Below, one piece after another: positions 25,532 to 39,551 of a DNA stretch of 64,000 bases. This DNA is from Kudoa neothunni (Eukaryota > Animalia > Cnidaria). A program made the translations under genes and the position numbers. Under the pieces are notes generated by a model that ran no database searches, was not told where the DNA came from, and worked only from the letters and a program-made list of their open reading frames with translations. The stretch spans positions 8,457,487-8,521,486 of the forward strand of contig OZ199840.1 of the NCBI GenBank assembly GCA_964304625.1, written 5' to 3'. Each line of letters opens with the position of its first letter. Positions within the stretch are counted from its first letter, which is position 1.

Positions 25532-26662
25532 GGTTCGTCTCGTCGATAGTGTTTATGCGTGCGCGCGTATCGCGTTATTATACGAGAGAGCTGGCCAACG
25601 TAACAACATGGATAATAATTTTATCCACCGCTTGAAATTAAATTATTAAATTGTTTAATGATGCACATACTTGGATAGAGTATGAATGATCGAATAGGAT
25701 GGATTTAAACCGCGCGTACGGTCTTACAAACAAAGAAACAGTTGATAATTTATTTGTAATATTCTTAATCACTCTTCTCTTTGTAGAAACTAAAAAATTT
25801 ACGTTTCCAGTTCCTTATTTCAAGACTTAATGCAACATTGTATATAAATAGCTTATTTAATAGTAGAATTACACAAAAATTTATCGACAAATCTCTGTCG
25901 TATTTTCACCAAGATTTACACTGCGTGTATGCAAAATAATTCGAATTCGTGTGAATTTGTTGACGCAACATGTGTTTTATCGACTTGGACTTTATTGTAA
26001 CGAATCAATGAGATAATCAATTTTAAGCGTGTCAGATGGTTCAAATTTTGTTTACTAACAATATTGATAAATTAAGCTCATCCATAATGTGAGTAACAAA
26101 TTGGTTTCCTACAGTTGGTAACCACTACTTTTACGTAATCCCCTTGGGACAGAGAAAAGGTTAAATAGTCGCTTAACAGCTTTAATCCAGCTCGGATCGC
26201 AAGTAAACAATATAGATTTTTTTATATCGCTTTTTGGATGTAATTTAGGCCATAAATATTAATCTTCTTACAAAACACATTCAAATCCTCATCAGTATCG
26301 TCAGATCCACCAGAAACTGACTTTCGACAATTAAAACAAGTGAAGTCAAATATTTCGTTGAAATCATCGTCATAGTAAGTGAGAAAAATCTCATCAAAGT
26401 CTCGCTTCAGCTTTTGGCAGTACATTTCGGGGGAATTCGTGCCATCGCGTACAATTTCGCGTGCATGTTTTCCTTATTTTCTCAGTATTCTGCCAGCAGA
26501 ATTCAATAAAATTCAACGATTTATTTCTTTAAATATTCTGTTATCATTTAAAACACTAAAAACCCCGTGGTAAAATTGACCACAAAAGCACCAAATGTAT
26601 ATTTTGTTGTATATCGTTGTTTGTTCTCCTTTTTCAAATTTTTATTAAATGTTTATAAAATG

Positions 26663-27905
26663 CTAGCAACAATGTCCAGCTTTGCCTGGCATTATGTGAT
26701 GGAAAATTTTAACTTTTAATTTTATTCTTGAATACAGAAATTCCACGGAAAAGTTAATTTAATTGATGCATTTTAAAGCTTGTCATTATTTTTGCAATAT
26801 GATGATTTAGATAAACCAAATTATGCGCACACTTTCCATTCAAATATAAATAAAGGTATTGAGAGAAAATAATGAGTATTTTTAAGTTTATTCTACAAAT
26901 TATGAGCAAGTTATAATTAACGATTAAAGTTCATTTATTTATTAAACAAAATCATTGAATAACTTAAATAGGACTTTCAGTTGTTTTCAAAATTTTACGA
27001 TAAAAATTAACCCTTCTAGGTAAAAAAAATTATTATTATTAGTCTACAAATAATAGAAAAACAAAATTGACCTAAGATGCTTCAGAAATAAAAATATTAA
27101 TTGTTACTCTTTTTTTTTCAATTTTATAAAGGATTAATGATGTTTTAATAATCTGTGGGTGGTAACTTACGTATTCACTATTTTGATGAAATAAAAAATC
27201 AGATTTTTTAATTAATGCAACCTTTGGTTTTTAACTAAAATATACAAATTTAATTATCAAAATACGATTAAATCTAAAATGTAAAGGTGTTTTTGGTTTG
27301 AAAAATTACAGTAATGCTTAAATATTTAAATATCACTTGGTTTCCTCGAAGGAGAGCTCGCTTTTAAAAATAAACGTACTGTTTGATCGCCCTAGAAAAT
27401 TTCTTTGTATTGAACTATTCTTAGATTAACGAAAAAAGTTTGTGAAAATATCGGTTAGATCGGATCGGTTAGATCGAATAGATCAATAATTTCTTATTAA
27501 CTTACATGGCACGCATTGAGATTGAGAGGGGATTGTATTTTGTGCAAAAGTTATCGTGAATATAAATTCTTAAATTATGTATAGAATGCGATGTCGCATA
27601 TTTTCATGCAGCTTTTATATCATAATGAATTATTTTTAGCGAAAAGAAAATTATATATTGATTTGAATATTAACCTTAAGTTCTGGGTATAAGGAATAAT
27701 TAGGTAAATAAGAACTTAAATATTACTTAAAAATTATCTCATCAAATATAGAAAATTATCGAATTAGTTATTCCAGTTGTTTTGCAAGAAAGTTTAGGAA
27801 AACCAAAAAATGAGTAAAAACTTATCAAAACGACGAATATAGTATCAATCGATCTATTTGATAAAAAGAAATTTTTATTTAAGAAATTATCACAAAAATT
27901 TAATT
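26663..27905 (-). mobile_element. non-autonomous Helitron-like repeat, copy B
   Basis: Minus-strand hairpin aatgccaggcaaagctggacatt then CTAG. Shares blocks such as aaatatagaaaattat.gaattagtta and gttgttttgcaaga with copy A. Confidence 0.65.
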
Positions 27906-28232
27906 AATTGAAAACTCTACATACATCACGCATCTTACATTGTTTTTAGAATGCTTATAGAACTATCAAATTATTCATTGAAGGCAACAACTTATGATCT
28001 CAAATTATGTGTTTTATTTAAAATGTATCTATAATGCTTGAAAAATTAAAATACACCCTAAATACTTTGTTATGCTTCAAATTAAAGGGAAATGCAACAA
28101 CTCTTGTAAATATGACGTTAATAGTTTTATTTGTCTTAAAATTACTCCAAACAGGCATGCTTAACACTTTTGAAAAATTCTACACCAAATTTAACAAATT
28201 TTCTTCGTATATAAAACTTGTAATGCAATAGA

Positions 28233-28272
28233 CTCTGGGGTCAATTTGACCCCAGCAACACTCGGAGGTTAA
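28233..28272. mobile_element. solo piggyBac-type terminus
   Basis: Palindrome ggggtcaatttgacccc followed by ..ggagg|TTAA; same architecture as the other piggyBac ends in the window. Confidence 0.6.
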
Positions 28273-28991
28273 ACGGCATGTACGCTTGCACAAACTACAA
28301 TTTTTAATCCCATCAATTCTTACTCATATGCCGTATACAGACAAATTTTTAGAATCTGTTGTATTTAATTGTGTCACACCCATCGCTTATATATTATATA
28401 TTATTATTCAGAAATAATTAAATATAGTAAAATTTGGTGACACCCGAATATTATTTAACGAGCAAGTAGCCAATTCCTAAATTAAATTAAATTAATTTAA
28501 TTGAATAATGAAAAATAAACGTGATTTAATCGTAAATAATATTAAACGCGGGCGCAATTCCAAAAATATGGGAGAAATTCTCAAATATTTATCAAGAGGA
28601 AATGACTATTGCAACAGTTCATAATATATATTATCGAGATGATTATAATTTTGACTGTAGTTTATTATTTTTAGCTCGTCGCCACTACTCCTAGGCACCA
28701 AAAACAATTAAATACAGCACATTCCAAGAAATAAAATTCATACCTTAACTACAAATAGGAGTTTCTGTGATTGAAAATGGGAATTGCGCAAGCTTGGGGA
28801 TGCTATTTAGAATCAAAAATATCCGTAGCAATAGCCACTGTCTCTTTTTATAAACCATCAAAAATCTTGTACATAAATACATTAGAATTAGGCGTGCCTC
28901 ATTTAAAGCGCAGAATTGGAAAAAAACTACAAAACAGCAAAAGAAGAACAAACTATTTATACACTAAAATTGGTCCAAATTTATTGTTTTA

Positions 28992-29406
28992 TTAACTGTC
29001 AGTTTTGGAATTTTTGGAGCGAAACTCACTTTCTACAATTAAAATCATGTGCATTGAGTTAGAACAAGTAATCTCAATCCAATTACCTAAATCAGCCAAA
29101 TTTGTTGTATCATGTTTTATGATTCTTTTCATTGCTTTCACATCAACTTTAGTGACTAATAATAGATCGAAATTATTTTTATGGATCAACGAACTATTTC
29201 TAATGTGTACTTTTTTTGTCCGCCGCTAAAGTCTCTATTTCCTTTAGTTTCGCCATAGAATCACGTATACGACCCTTTAGAACTACTCGGGAAAACTCAA
29301 AACAAAATATAAATACCATTTCATTTTTTATGGGATGATTAAATGTAGGAATTCCATTGGCGGATAACATTACTACAACAAATAACCAAATGCATTGTGA
29401 CCACAT
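28992..29406 (-). pseudogene. small secreted protein of unknown function, frame broken in an A7 run (pseudogene or assembly error)
   Basis: Signal-peptide-like MWSQCIWLFVVVMLSANG. ORFs 29200-29406 and 28992-29189 join (DKKVHIRNSSLIHKNNF) if one base is removed from the homopolymer at 29211-29217. Confidence 0.45.
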
Positions 29407-30383
29407 TAATTACCCCAACAATATGAATTCAATAGATAGCCAATAAGTATAATAATTCTACTACGTTTCAGTGGTGTCAACTAAAATAAGAAAAAAAGCC
29501 AATGAAGATTGTTAGTGTTAGTGTTGGTGTTAGTAAGGGGGTTTAGATTGTGGCATCTACTTGTTGCAAATTTTGATAAAAATTATCCTCAAACAATGGA
29601 GATAATTTTTCATTGAGATCAGATACGATTTTTTGTAGAGTTTTTAGGTTTTGAAGCGTGTTTTCTGCTTCCATCTTTTCGATACGATTATTAACGGATG
29701 AAGACGACTTAAGTATTTCGAATGCTTAATTTTACAGTTTCATTGATGATTCTTCTAAATTTTATTAAACAATAACTAAAAACTATTTTTTTACGTCAAG
29801 ATACGGAATAAAGTTTTAAAAAGACAGATAGGCGATGGCGAAAATATGAGCGTCCTAATCTGAATCGTGACAACAGACGGTTGATGCGGGTGTGTGCCCA
29901 TTAGACTGAGACTCCGCAGGTTGCGAGTTCTAATCACGCGCTATAATAATGGTGTGTGTCATTTTTAAGCAAATTAAACCAAATTTAGAGTTTTTACACA
30001 TTAATACGCAGGATTCATTTGCATGTATACTTTGGCTTAGCGGGGTTGTATATAGTGTTTATCTCAATAATTGAAGATTTGATAACAAATGGAAATTTGT
30101 TTAATGTTAGACCCTACAAAGTTGGTTCCCTCGAAGCTTAAACAGATAAAGTCTACCTAAATTTGCAGTAACCCCTAGTTAATTTTTAAAATGTTTGCCA
30201 TTTCTCAATACATTCGAACAAAAATATTAATTCTCTGCAATGCTTACAGCCAACCCGCTTCACTAAGCAGAACCCCACATTCTAGTGAATTTAATGAGAA
30301 GCGCCAAATTTAACTTAATGATAAATAAGAGGGATTTAAAAGACAGTCTAACTGAAAAAATAAAATAAATAAATTTGTTGAGA

Positions 30384-31804
30384 TCAAAAAGTTCCAGAAT
30401 TTCTCAAAGTTTTCACCCTTTTCATCAACCACCAAGTAACAACAACAAGGGCCACATAGAACGGGATCAAAATAATCGCATGAAACAGTTTGAAGTTGTG
30501 ACTTAAGTCGAAGTTATTTTCAGAGATGCATGCAAAATTAGTTTTTGTGGAATATATTGGTATGTTTCCCGACATTTTCGGAACACATTCCACAGAGAGA
30601 TGGACTTGTTGTGGGTCAGTACAAGTGTAGATCACAAAACCTGTTTGAGAATCGGTCCTTTTAGCACCTTCCAAGTAATAGTCAAATTTTGTATGCTGAT
30701 AAACATTGTGATCAGTTGCGACTTCACATTTGAACTCAAAAGACACATTCATATGTACATTAAAAGTTTCATTATAGACAACAAACACTTGTCCTAGTTG
30801 CTTTACAATCAAATACGAATATATGGGTTGATCCTCGACAAGAATTTCAATGAATTTTTGTCTTTCTTTTTCGTTCCATAGATTGACCAATTGGCCAGAT
30901 TCATTTGGGATCCCGCCCGGATAATAGGCATCTAAATATGATTTTAATATTTTTTCATTATAAAATTAGAATCACCTTTCAACTTATTATAAATTTTATT
31001 TGGGATCGATATTGAGACAGTTCCTCCAAATTTACCTTCACAGTCACATCCAATCCCAATCAAAGGAGGAGTTACGGATTTTTTAATCAATAAATACGTG
31101 TTGGTGTATTTGTCCTCCACCCTAACTCTATTTTGTAGCTCTAGCGTGTCATAGTTGGAGAGTTTCCAGTTTAAGGTGCATGAATAATGAATGGAACATG
31201 TGATTGTAGCAGTCGAATCATCATCAATATTAAGAGGGATGCATTCGAAGGGTACATACTCTAGAAATTGTCAATATTTACATATTTACCGTGGCAACTA
31301 AGAGGGTACCAAAAATAATAAATTTATCGGTCATTTCTCGTATGTATTTATTTTCTTGATTCTTATCGTAATTGAGTTCAAAAACTAGTTTTTTGTTATC
31401 CAAAAGTTTATCGCAATGCAGATAAATTTCGTTTGTGTCAAAATTGGATTTTTTGAATGGTGGCTTTTTCATGTTTAGAGAAGGTTGAAGCAACTCATCA
31501 AATACAACCATCAAAAATTGTGTCGTCACATTCATATCATAATAAGAAATGGATAAATAATAGTATTTTATATCAGGGATGTGGGTAGATAACTGGAATT
31601 CGATAATAATTTCTTGGTTTTTTGTCTTCAGAATTGGGTTTTCTGGGAGATTAATTTTGTAATGGAACAAATTATCTTCCTCGTTATCAGAAAAAACTCC
31701 TTAAATATAATATAATAATTAGTCTGTAAAAATGAAGACTATAAACCTTCTGAGAATCTCGACGTTAATGCTATGAAGTATATCACACACGGCCAATATG
31801 GCAT
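30384..31804 (-). CDS. orphan type I membrane glycoprotein, about 4 exons
   Basis: Signal-like exon MPYWPCVIYFIALTSRFSE; long open exons (ORFs 31278-31670 and 30384-30890) with GT-AG junctions; C-terminal TM LFHAIILIPFYVALVVVTWWLM and short basic tail; several NxS/T sites and scattered Cys. Confidence 0.7.
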
Positions 31805-32127
31805 ATTCGTAATAAACCTACTACTTCAGCTTTAAGAACGCTTTATTTTTTAGGTAGATTAATGTTATCACAATTATTCATTCTAAGTGTAATTTTCATT
31901 TCATCCGATTCAATATTTGTTGTTTTCACTGACACAGAGATTAAAAAACAATATTTTTAATAAATTTAAGTGTTTCAAGACAATACTCGAGTTATTAGAT
32001 AGAATAAATGTTTAATGATATTATTAAAGTGATTGATAACGATGAAAGGCTGTAGAGAAACACCAACACAACTGAAATAGAATAAATAATATAGATCTTA
32101 TGGTTGTTCTTTGTGAGGTGTATTATA

Positions 32128-33997
32128 TTATTTCCTGATCAATTTGATCAAGAAGGCCACGAATGTAGCTGTAAGCAAAGCTGAAACCACAATAAGAGCG
32201 TTCTTATACTTTTTGTTGACTGATTTGGCACTGAATAATTTCAAAAAATAATGGGCAATTTGTTCTAAATAACCTACATGCAGAGATTCTTTCCCATAAA
32301 ATGCGCACAAGCTTGATCGTTTGGGCATTGTCTTGATTTGCATGAATCTAATTAGTTGTTATTTCGAATAAAAGTTACATAGTTGATTTCAACCTGCAAG
32401 TGTGCAAATTTTTCCGTCCCCCGAGTAATTCACTTTACAGTAACATCTGAAATAGCCAGGATAATTGGTGCACCGAGCATTTTCAGAACAATTGGTCTTA
32501 TTAGAAGAACAAATATCCACATAACCTGAAAATATATTAAGTTGTTTAGTAATAGAAACCAATAACTTAGCAATTTGGGAGAGGGACCAATCAGTAGGGG
32601 AGGTGTTTGATTGGTTAAGTATGTTTCGCAGAAAGTTTGATTCAATAAACTTGAAATTAGATGAGAATAAGCCAAAATGATAGTTTGGTTTGGATATCTA
32701 TCCATAGTTATGATTATCTCAAAAGTATTTGGATCTCTAAAATTTTATCTAGCACAAGGTTGAACTTTGGGTATAATTTACATTAATGCCCAAAATTGCA
32801 TAGATTGAATTATTTCGGTGAGATTGGATTGGAATAATTGTTTCTCGAGCTATGGTATACAAAGTAAATAATTACAAATAAAAAATTAATGAAAACCTAC
32901 AAATTTGTTTAGACAGTCTAAAAAATTAGTTTCATTAAACAAACTTTCTATAGTTCTGTTTGACGTAGTGGAATTGAGGAATTGAAGTGTAGTTCCATAA
33001 ATGAACTGGTCTATATTTCGCACATAGTTTTATAGTTATTTAGAGAATAATAAGGCATTATTAACTGTCACCTTGAGAATAAAAGGTGTTTTTATCGAGA
33101 TTATTTTGTTTAGTTGGAGTAGTTGGGGATGAATAAACGTTGGGAATGCTTAGACTGCTTCCGGGATTGCATTCGATTGGAATCCTTTCTTCCTCTATAA
33201 AAAACAGTCAGATTTGTAAATTCAGAGAATTATTCTCACTGAATTGAAGCAGATTTCTGAAGGCATAACGTGGATACATATCACCGATACTTCGTTTGAT
33301 GGCATAAATGGCGAATTTAAATGATTCATATTGATTTTTTGACAAAAAGTAGACGCTCATCTGATAGCTTAGGTTTTCGATAGTACCTCTAATAGATAAT
33401 AAAATTAATTGCCAAATGGTAGGATAGAGATAATTAAAGTCTACTTTAGCTCTTTCATGCTAATACAGTATTGCGTTTTTATATCATTGGCTTCCAACTG
33501 ATCCATTATCTAATATGTTCCTCGTATCAGTAAACAAATTTAAGGGTATAAGTAAGGAAACTTTTTGTGTTAGATTTTTCACACTGGTTGTATCATATTT
33601 TGTTGATTCAGTTATGCCAAGATTATTTCTAATTCTAGTGGTTGAGATTGCAAATATTTTCCGATAATCTATTTCAGTTTAGTATTGGCAGTGTTAGAAT
33701 TTGTTTATTGGTCCAACTTTACTTTTGTAATTATAGGTGGGATCCAGCTGCAAACTGTCGCTACAAACGCATCCATTGTTCTCCGAATCTTGACACTCTT
33801 TCTGCAAGTAATCTTCAAAAAACTCTATTCGATTTTAATGTGATCGGATAATATACTACAAAACTACTTTTGTGTTCTTCAGTGCTGTTGAGACAGTTGG
33901 TTAGGTAGGTATCCACACGAAGTCTCACCCCAGGCAACCCAATCAGAAAAATAATAGCCAACTGAAATAGAGTAAAGTTTCTCCTTTTATGAAACAT
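32128..33997 (-). CDS. type I membrane protein with a membrane-proximal calcium-binding-type EGF domain, multi-exon
   Basis: Signal MFHKRRNFTLFQLAIIFLIGLPG; exon about 32395-32527 encodes VDICSSNKTNCSENARCTNYPGYFRCYCKVNYSGDGKIC (6-Cys EGF); next exon DSCKSRQCPNDQACAHFMGKNLC; TM ALIVVSALLTATFVAFLI then KLIRK*. Confidence 0.8.
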
Positions 33998-34714
33998 CTG
34001 TAAACCAATAACGAATGTTTCTTATGTTTACAATCCCCAGACATTTACGGAAGTTCCATTGTAGGTAGTGTGGCACGATGTAAAGTTTCCGAATTGTTTA
34101 CAATGCCGGTAATAACTAAAAGAGGTTCATATACACTTGAGAAATTAAACTCATTAAAATTGTAGTCATTATTTTAAAAAATTATTATATTTAGACTCTA
34201 CCTCGATTTCCCTTGCTTTACCATACAGATTTAGTCCCCCAATTACATATTTACATGTTTTAATAACTAATAGTTTTTCTGAATACTCAGTTGTATTCAA
34301 AATTATTAATCAATTAGGAAGTTATAATTGAATTTGTACAAGTTAAAATATTTATTAAAAATACAATAGTATTATATAAATTATGGATCGAACGTCACTC
34401 TTAAATATTCAACTATAATTACATTACTTTTCTTAAATTTTAGCTATAACGATTCAAAAAGAATAAGGGTAACTCAGGTATAAATATTTTTAAAAGTTAA
34501 GGAAAATTTTTAGGAAATCATAAAATGAGTCTAACTGACAACGAGTTTGTTTTCAGTTACACAAAATTATCGCTTCTGCGACTTATTTAAATGATACAAT
34601 ACAATGGATATCGCCAAAAAATTTTCCACAGAATTATTACGGAAACGTAGAAAATGACATAAATAATGTATTTACAAAATTTTTTTAATATATAATTGAA
34701 TTAAAATGGATTAA

Positions 34715-37623
34715 CCCTCGTACACACATTGAGGGTCATTTTTGACCTTCCACTCTTTATTGGAAAATCTATGAAAATTACTCTGTTATTGATATGTATA
34801 ATATAAAATTCAGTTATTAAATATTCATAAAATTTTAAAAATAAGTAAAATAATTTTGAAGAAGAGATAAATCTGTGATTTTTAGCATGTCACGTGACTA
34901 TACAAACTCAAAATCAGCCGAACTTTGGTCTGTTTTAGCGATGGAAGGAGATGAACATGGAATTCTATTGGATGACACTGATTCTGAGTTTAACGACTAT
35001 TTAAATGAAAATCCCGCGTCCGATTATGATGATTCGGATGATGAAGCGGAATTTAGTACTGAATTGATTGTCTCGTTGACATCGAAAGATGGAGAAAAAT
35101 GGTCTAGACAACCAACAAGGAACCAACGAAGAACTGACGCGGAAAATATTTTTAAGTGCCAACCAGATTTCAAACCACATGTGCTAAAACGATCGGACAT
35201 CCTACCCATGACATTTTTAAACTTTTTTGACGACGAAATCCTTGATTCGATTGTTGAATGCACCAATCATCATATGAAAAATCATTGATAAAAATTAGCT
35301 TTGATTATTAAAGATGATTGAATGAAATATATTGATGGTTGCATAATAATTGGTGTAATGAAGGGTAAAAATATGGATATTCGTGAATTCTGATCATCAA
35401 AGTATGGTCAACCTACAATAAACCAGTCAATCTCCATTAATTTATTTGAAAAAATATCTTTGTGTATGTGGTTTCAAAATATACATTCCAAGTAAACCAG
35501 GACAGTATGGTGTTAAAATATGGGCTTTGGGCGACTCACAGAATGCCTACCTATTCAACGCAAAGGTATATATTGGAAAAGAAAATGGTGAAATACAGTT
35601 TAATCAAGGGGGAAATGTTGTGGAAACTTTATGTGAACCGATTTTTAAATCCGGTCGAAATATCACAACAGATAATTTTTTCACTACTCTTTCCCTCGCA
35701 ACATTTCTACTTGGCCAAAAATTGACAATTGTAGGAACTGATCGAAAAAACCAAAAATTTTTGACACCAGATTTTCAAATGTCGGAAGGAAATAAAGATA
35801 ATAGTCAGTCCTTGTTTCAAGATAAGTTCACACTCGTCAAATACAACTCTAAGAAGAACAGATCAGTTGTCTTGTTGTCAACACTTCACATAGATGCGAA
35901 TATTGATGAAGGAAGCCAAAAACCTGAAATTATATCTTACTATAATTCTACAAAAGGTGGAGTTGATACTCTTGATCAAGTAAGTAAGATATTTTTCGAT
36001 AAAAAGAAAAACACGATGGTGACCAATGACTCTTTTCTATAATTTGTTAGACATCATCGCATATAATGCCTACCTGTTGTATTGCCTAAAGCATCCCGCA
36101 TTCTTGAATAAATATAGAAAGCGAGCCAGTAGAAAATTTCTAAAATTACTCGCAGACGTGCTTTTAACATCTAAGAGTCCCAAAACAGGCATTTCACCTT
36201 TAAAAAGGTCGAAACCCTTACAAAACAATGTTATAAGTGGTGCCAATTTTGTATTCGTTCGAGGAGGTTAAAAAAATCAACGCAATGAGCATTATGCAAT
36301 AAAATGGCTTGCAAACTCCATAATAATGAAGAGATAATTTGTATTGAATATTTAAACTCAAAAAATATCGATTTGAATTTTAACTATCTAATAGTATACC
36401 TTTTTGTAAAATTAACCAACACCTAATAGATTCCTATTATTCTTCTTCTAATAAAATTTTGTGTTTAGTTTGACGAAAAATTGTTGTTCGATAAATTATT
36501 GTATAAGTTTTAATTTTAATTTTATCTTGTAATGGTCTTTGGGGTAAAATTTACCCCATGCTTTTTTTGATTCAAAATATTTCGAAAAATGTGAAAATTT
36601 TTTTAACTTGAGTAAAATATAATTCCTATGAGTAGTTTTTGTAGAAAGTAAGGAAATGTTAGATAAATTACTTAAACCGCATGCGCAAACATATGAAGAT
36701 GTGTTATTCTAATAATTTCATTGATGAATTTTTTTTAACAGGGGTTGAACATTATGTTGTTGACGCGAATGTCTTCTTATCGATGTTTCTTGCTGAAAAA
36801 TTGTTGGAAAAAAATTGACCATACAGACAATTACGTTAAAAACTAAAGATACCACCATGACTCCAATCATCACCAAATGGAACCCCTTGTGGCAGCATTT
36901 TTGTATTCCGTGAAAAGTATATGTTGGTATCTTATGTTACCAATGAATTAAAATGCGTGATTTTCTTAAAGAAATCGTTGAACAATTAAACAAAATATTG
37001 TTGATAACCAATTCCACAAACAAAGCAATAAAAACAGTTCTCAGCATTGTTTATGCATCCTAACAGGAACCTCTTCTTAATGTAAAGCGATCAACATGTG
37101 GATACAGTGAGAGGAAAAATGATAAAAAATCTAAATGGTGCGAAAATTGTTATATATTTTATTGTCCATTTCACGCATTTAAAAACTGTTTTAACTTCGC
37201 ATAACTGTCAAGAATTCGTTGTATGGTTGGTCTTAATATTTCAACTGGCACAGCACATTTAATTCTGTTGAATTAACGCAATTACTTTATTAACGAACAT
37301 CGATGTGTACCTGCATAAGACGGATCGTAACGAAACAGATTATCGCGTGGATTACGTTAAAATTTAATTAGCATTTGCCAGTTTTTCGTACATAGGAATT
37401 AAAAATGATTCTGCAATATTGATTATTAGATTTTTTTAAAGGGTTATAATTAAAAAAAATGTGGGGTAAAATTTACCCCGAAGTCCATTACACGTTCATC
37501 TCATCGTTTTTGGGCTCATTAGAGGGTTAAAAACGTTTTTATGTGTTTATTTTTTAGTGTGGGTCAAAGATGACATCCCCCATTACGGGTTAACGTCAGT
37601 TTTTTTGCACATGTGTACCAGGG
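34715..37623 (+). mobile_element. piggyBac transposon with degenerate transposase, containing a nested second piggyBac fragment
   Basis: TTAA|ccctcgtacacacat ... atgtgtaccaggg|TTAA. Transposase motifs YIPSKPGQYGVKIW, GRNITTDNFFT, YNSTKGGVDTLDQ; stops and an internal deletion near 35450. Confidence 0.9.
36522..37526 (+). mobile_element. nested internally deleted piggyBac of a second family
   Basis: Palindromes ggggtaaaatttacccc at about 36541 and 37463; right end attagaggg|TTAA (37527-37530), same as at 43768; relic transposase pieces (FLAEKLLEKKLTI, MLVSYV, Cys-rich tail). Left boundary approximate. Confidence 0.7.
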
Positions 37624-37648
37624 TTAAGTAAACACAAAGTGGTATAGT

Positions 37649-38225
37649 TAGAGGCCGTAATTTTCGATTAAGATCGAAATACATCGAATTTTTAAAAATA
37701 TTTTTACATTTTTCAGAAAAAATCGAGATAACTGGTTGATCGTTTTACGTTTGATTATGTGCAGAAATACAATTGTCGAATATCCAGATTTAAATGAGGG
37801 AATTGACCCCCAAATTATATCAAAATTTTTTAATCTCGATCAACAAGAAACTCCACAGCAAGTGTCGTTGAAATTTCACACTAGAGAAATGATAAAATGA
37901 TAGGTCCAGGATTTAGAGAAAACAACAAATCGAAGTATTCCATATTGTGTAGGGTAGGCCAAGATTTGGTGCATATACCGCTAGCTATCACCTCCAGCCG
38001 TGGAAATAAGTTTCTAAAAATTGAGGCGTTTGCGTCAAAGTTATGAATTAAATATAGTGACTGAACAAATGAGAATACATTAAATATTTAATTTTAAAGA
38101 AAAATTATAGTTATATTTATTTCGTTGACATTGAGCCTGATAATAATATTTTATGTTGCGTATTCGCTAGTTTAAAAATAACCGTCGAATTTTTTAAAAA
38201 TATTCGTCGAAAATTACGGCGTCTA
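37649..38225. mobile_element. hAT-like MITE
   Basis: TIRs tagaggccgtaattttcga / tcgaaaattacggcgtcta; flanking 8-mers ggtatagt and gctataat (6/8). A related TIR starts at about 38248. Confidence 0.65.
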
Positions 38226-38682
38226 GCTATAATCTATAATTTACAACTAGGGATCGCAGTTTTCGATTAAAATCGATTTTAGTCGTCAAATTTTATATTA
38301 AAAAAATATAAAATTTTAATGCAATAATATAATTAAAAAATCTGAAAAGTAATTTATTAAGTTGTTATAATATATAATATTACATTATTGTATTAAATAT
38401 TAATTTTGATATAAATATAATATTTTATTATTATAAAGAGAATTAATGCATGATAATTTCGGTTGATTTTGAAATTAGAAGTATTAATTAAAAAATATAA
38501 ATTTTTAGGGAATGATGTTTTGGATGAAAAAATTGAATAATTCGACTGATGCAGATGAAAAAAACTAACAAAATCATAACTATAGACGAGCTAGAATAAC
38601 TAAAATTCGATCGTACTATCAGTGGACTAACGTAAGGCCGATAAATCGACAAGAAAGCTTAAGACTAATGGTAGTAATCGCT

Positions 38683-39551
38683 TCATAAATCTTTAAATGA
38701 ACGACTAATCACTCTCTCATTGAGTGGCATGATGTTTCGGAAATTGTCATGAAGATGACCGTCGGCTTGAGTCTTGTGTTTGCATTCCATTTTTCTTAAA
38801 GCATCCAAAAATTGGAACGTAGCACAAATAGGTTGTTTCATTACAATCCATCGAACATTTTCTGAGAAGGGTGGAGTGGTTAGGCTGCCTTTATATGTAT
38901 AGTATTCGTTGCTGGATGACGGTATTATTTTTTCCAAATCAATTGGAATACTTTCCGATGTCGAATCCACCTTTATCGATTTACGAACATGCGAAAACAA
39001 CTAGAAAAAATGAGTTGAATTTTCATCTACGTGATACAATCTACATTGGTATCCATAAATGAGATCCTTCTGGGACAGCGTTTTCTGGCTTGAACCAACA
39101 GGCCAATAACAGCGAGCTCATCACTTTTTTTTGTCTTTGCTGGATTATTTTTGGAGTGCACCAAATGCATTTCGGCTGCGTATGACTCATCATTGATAAA
39201 GTGTTCTGAACCGACATCATTAAAGGAACCCCAATGCAGATGCATTTGAAGGAATTTGTAATTTGTGCCATTAACTTTTATTGAAGGACCTTGGATGTTG
39301 TTACCTGCCTCCTTGAGTGTCCATTTTATAGTTTCTCCGGTGTTTTTGTACGAGAAACGAGCCATTTTGTATTTTATTTTCAAGAAATTTTTCTTCAATT
39401 TACAATCGTACTTTGTCTTGCAGGTGTTTATATTAACTGGTGATTGCTTCGATATCTTGTGTTGCGGATGTTTATCCATTCTGTCTTTTATGCTGAGCTT
39501 ATGTGTTTTTTCGCAGCAACTTTTACGTTCCTCAACGGATGAACCATCCAT
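38683..39551 (-). CDS. alpha-carbonic anhydrase, paralog 1
   Basis: QSPVNI, QMHLHWG, GSEH, EMHLVH, YKGSLTTPP, WIV, DNFR..MPLNER; intron 39001-39044. True start may lie further upstream. Confidence 0.93.

Noticed and set aside
25860-26460. Minus-strand ORF with CxxC motifs (MYCQKL...TCFNC)
   Set aside because: Continues only through frameshifts and stops, and no family is recognisable; not supportable as a gene.
29878-29945. tRNA or SINE-head-like sequence (ggttgcgagttctaatc)
   Set aside because: Only a degenerate B-box; no cloverleaf can be formed and there is no second copy in the window.
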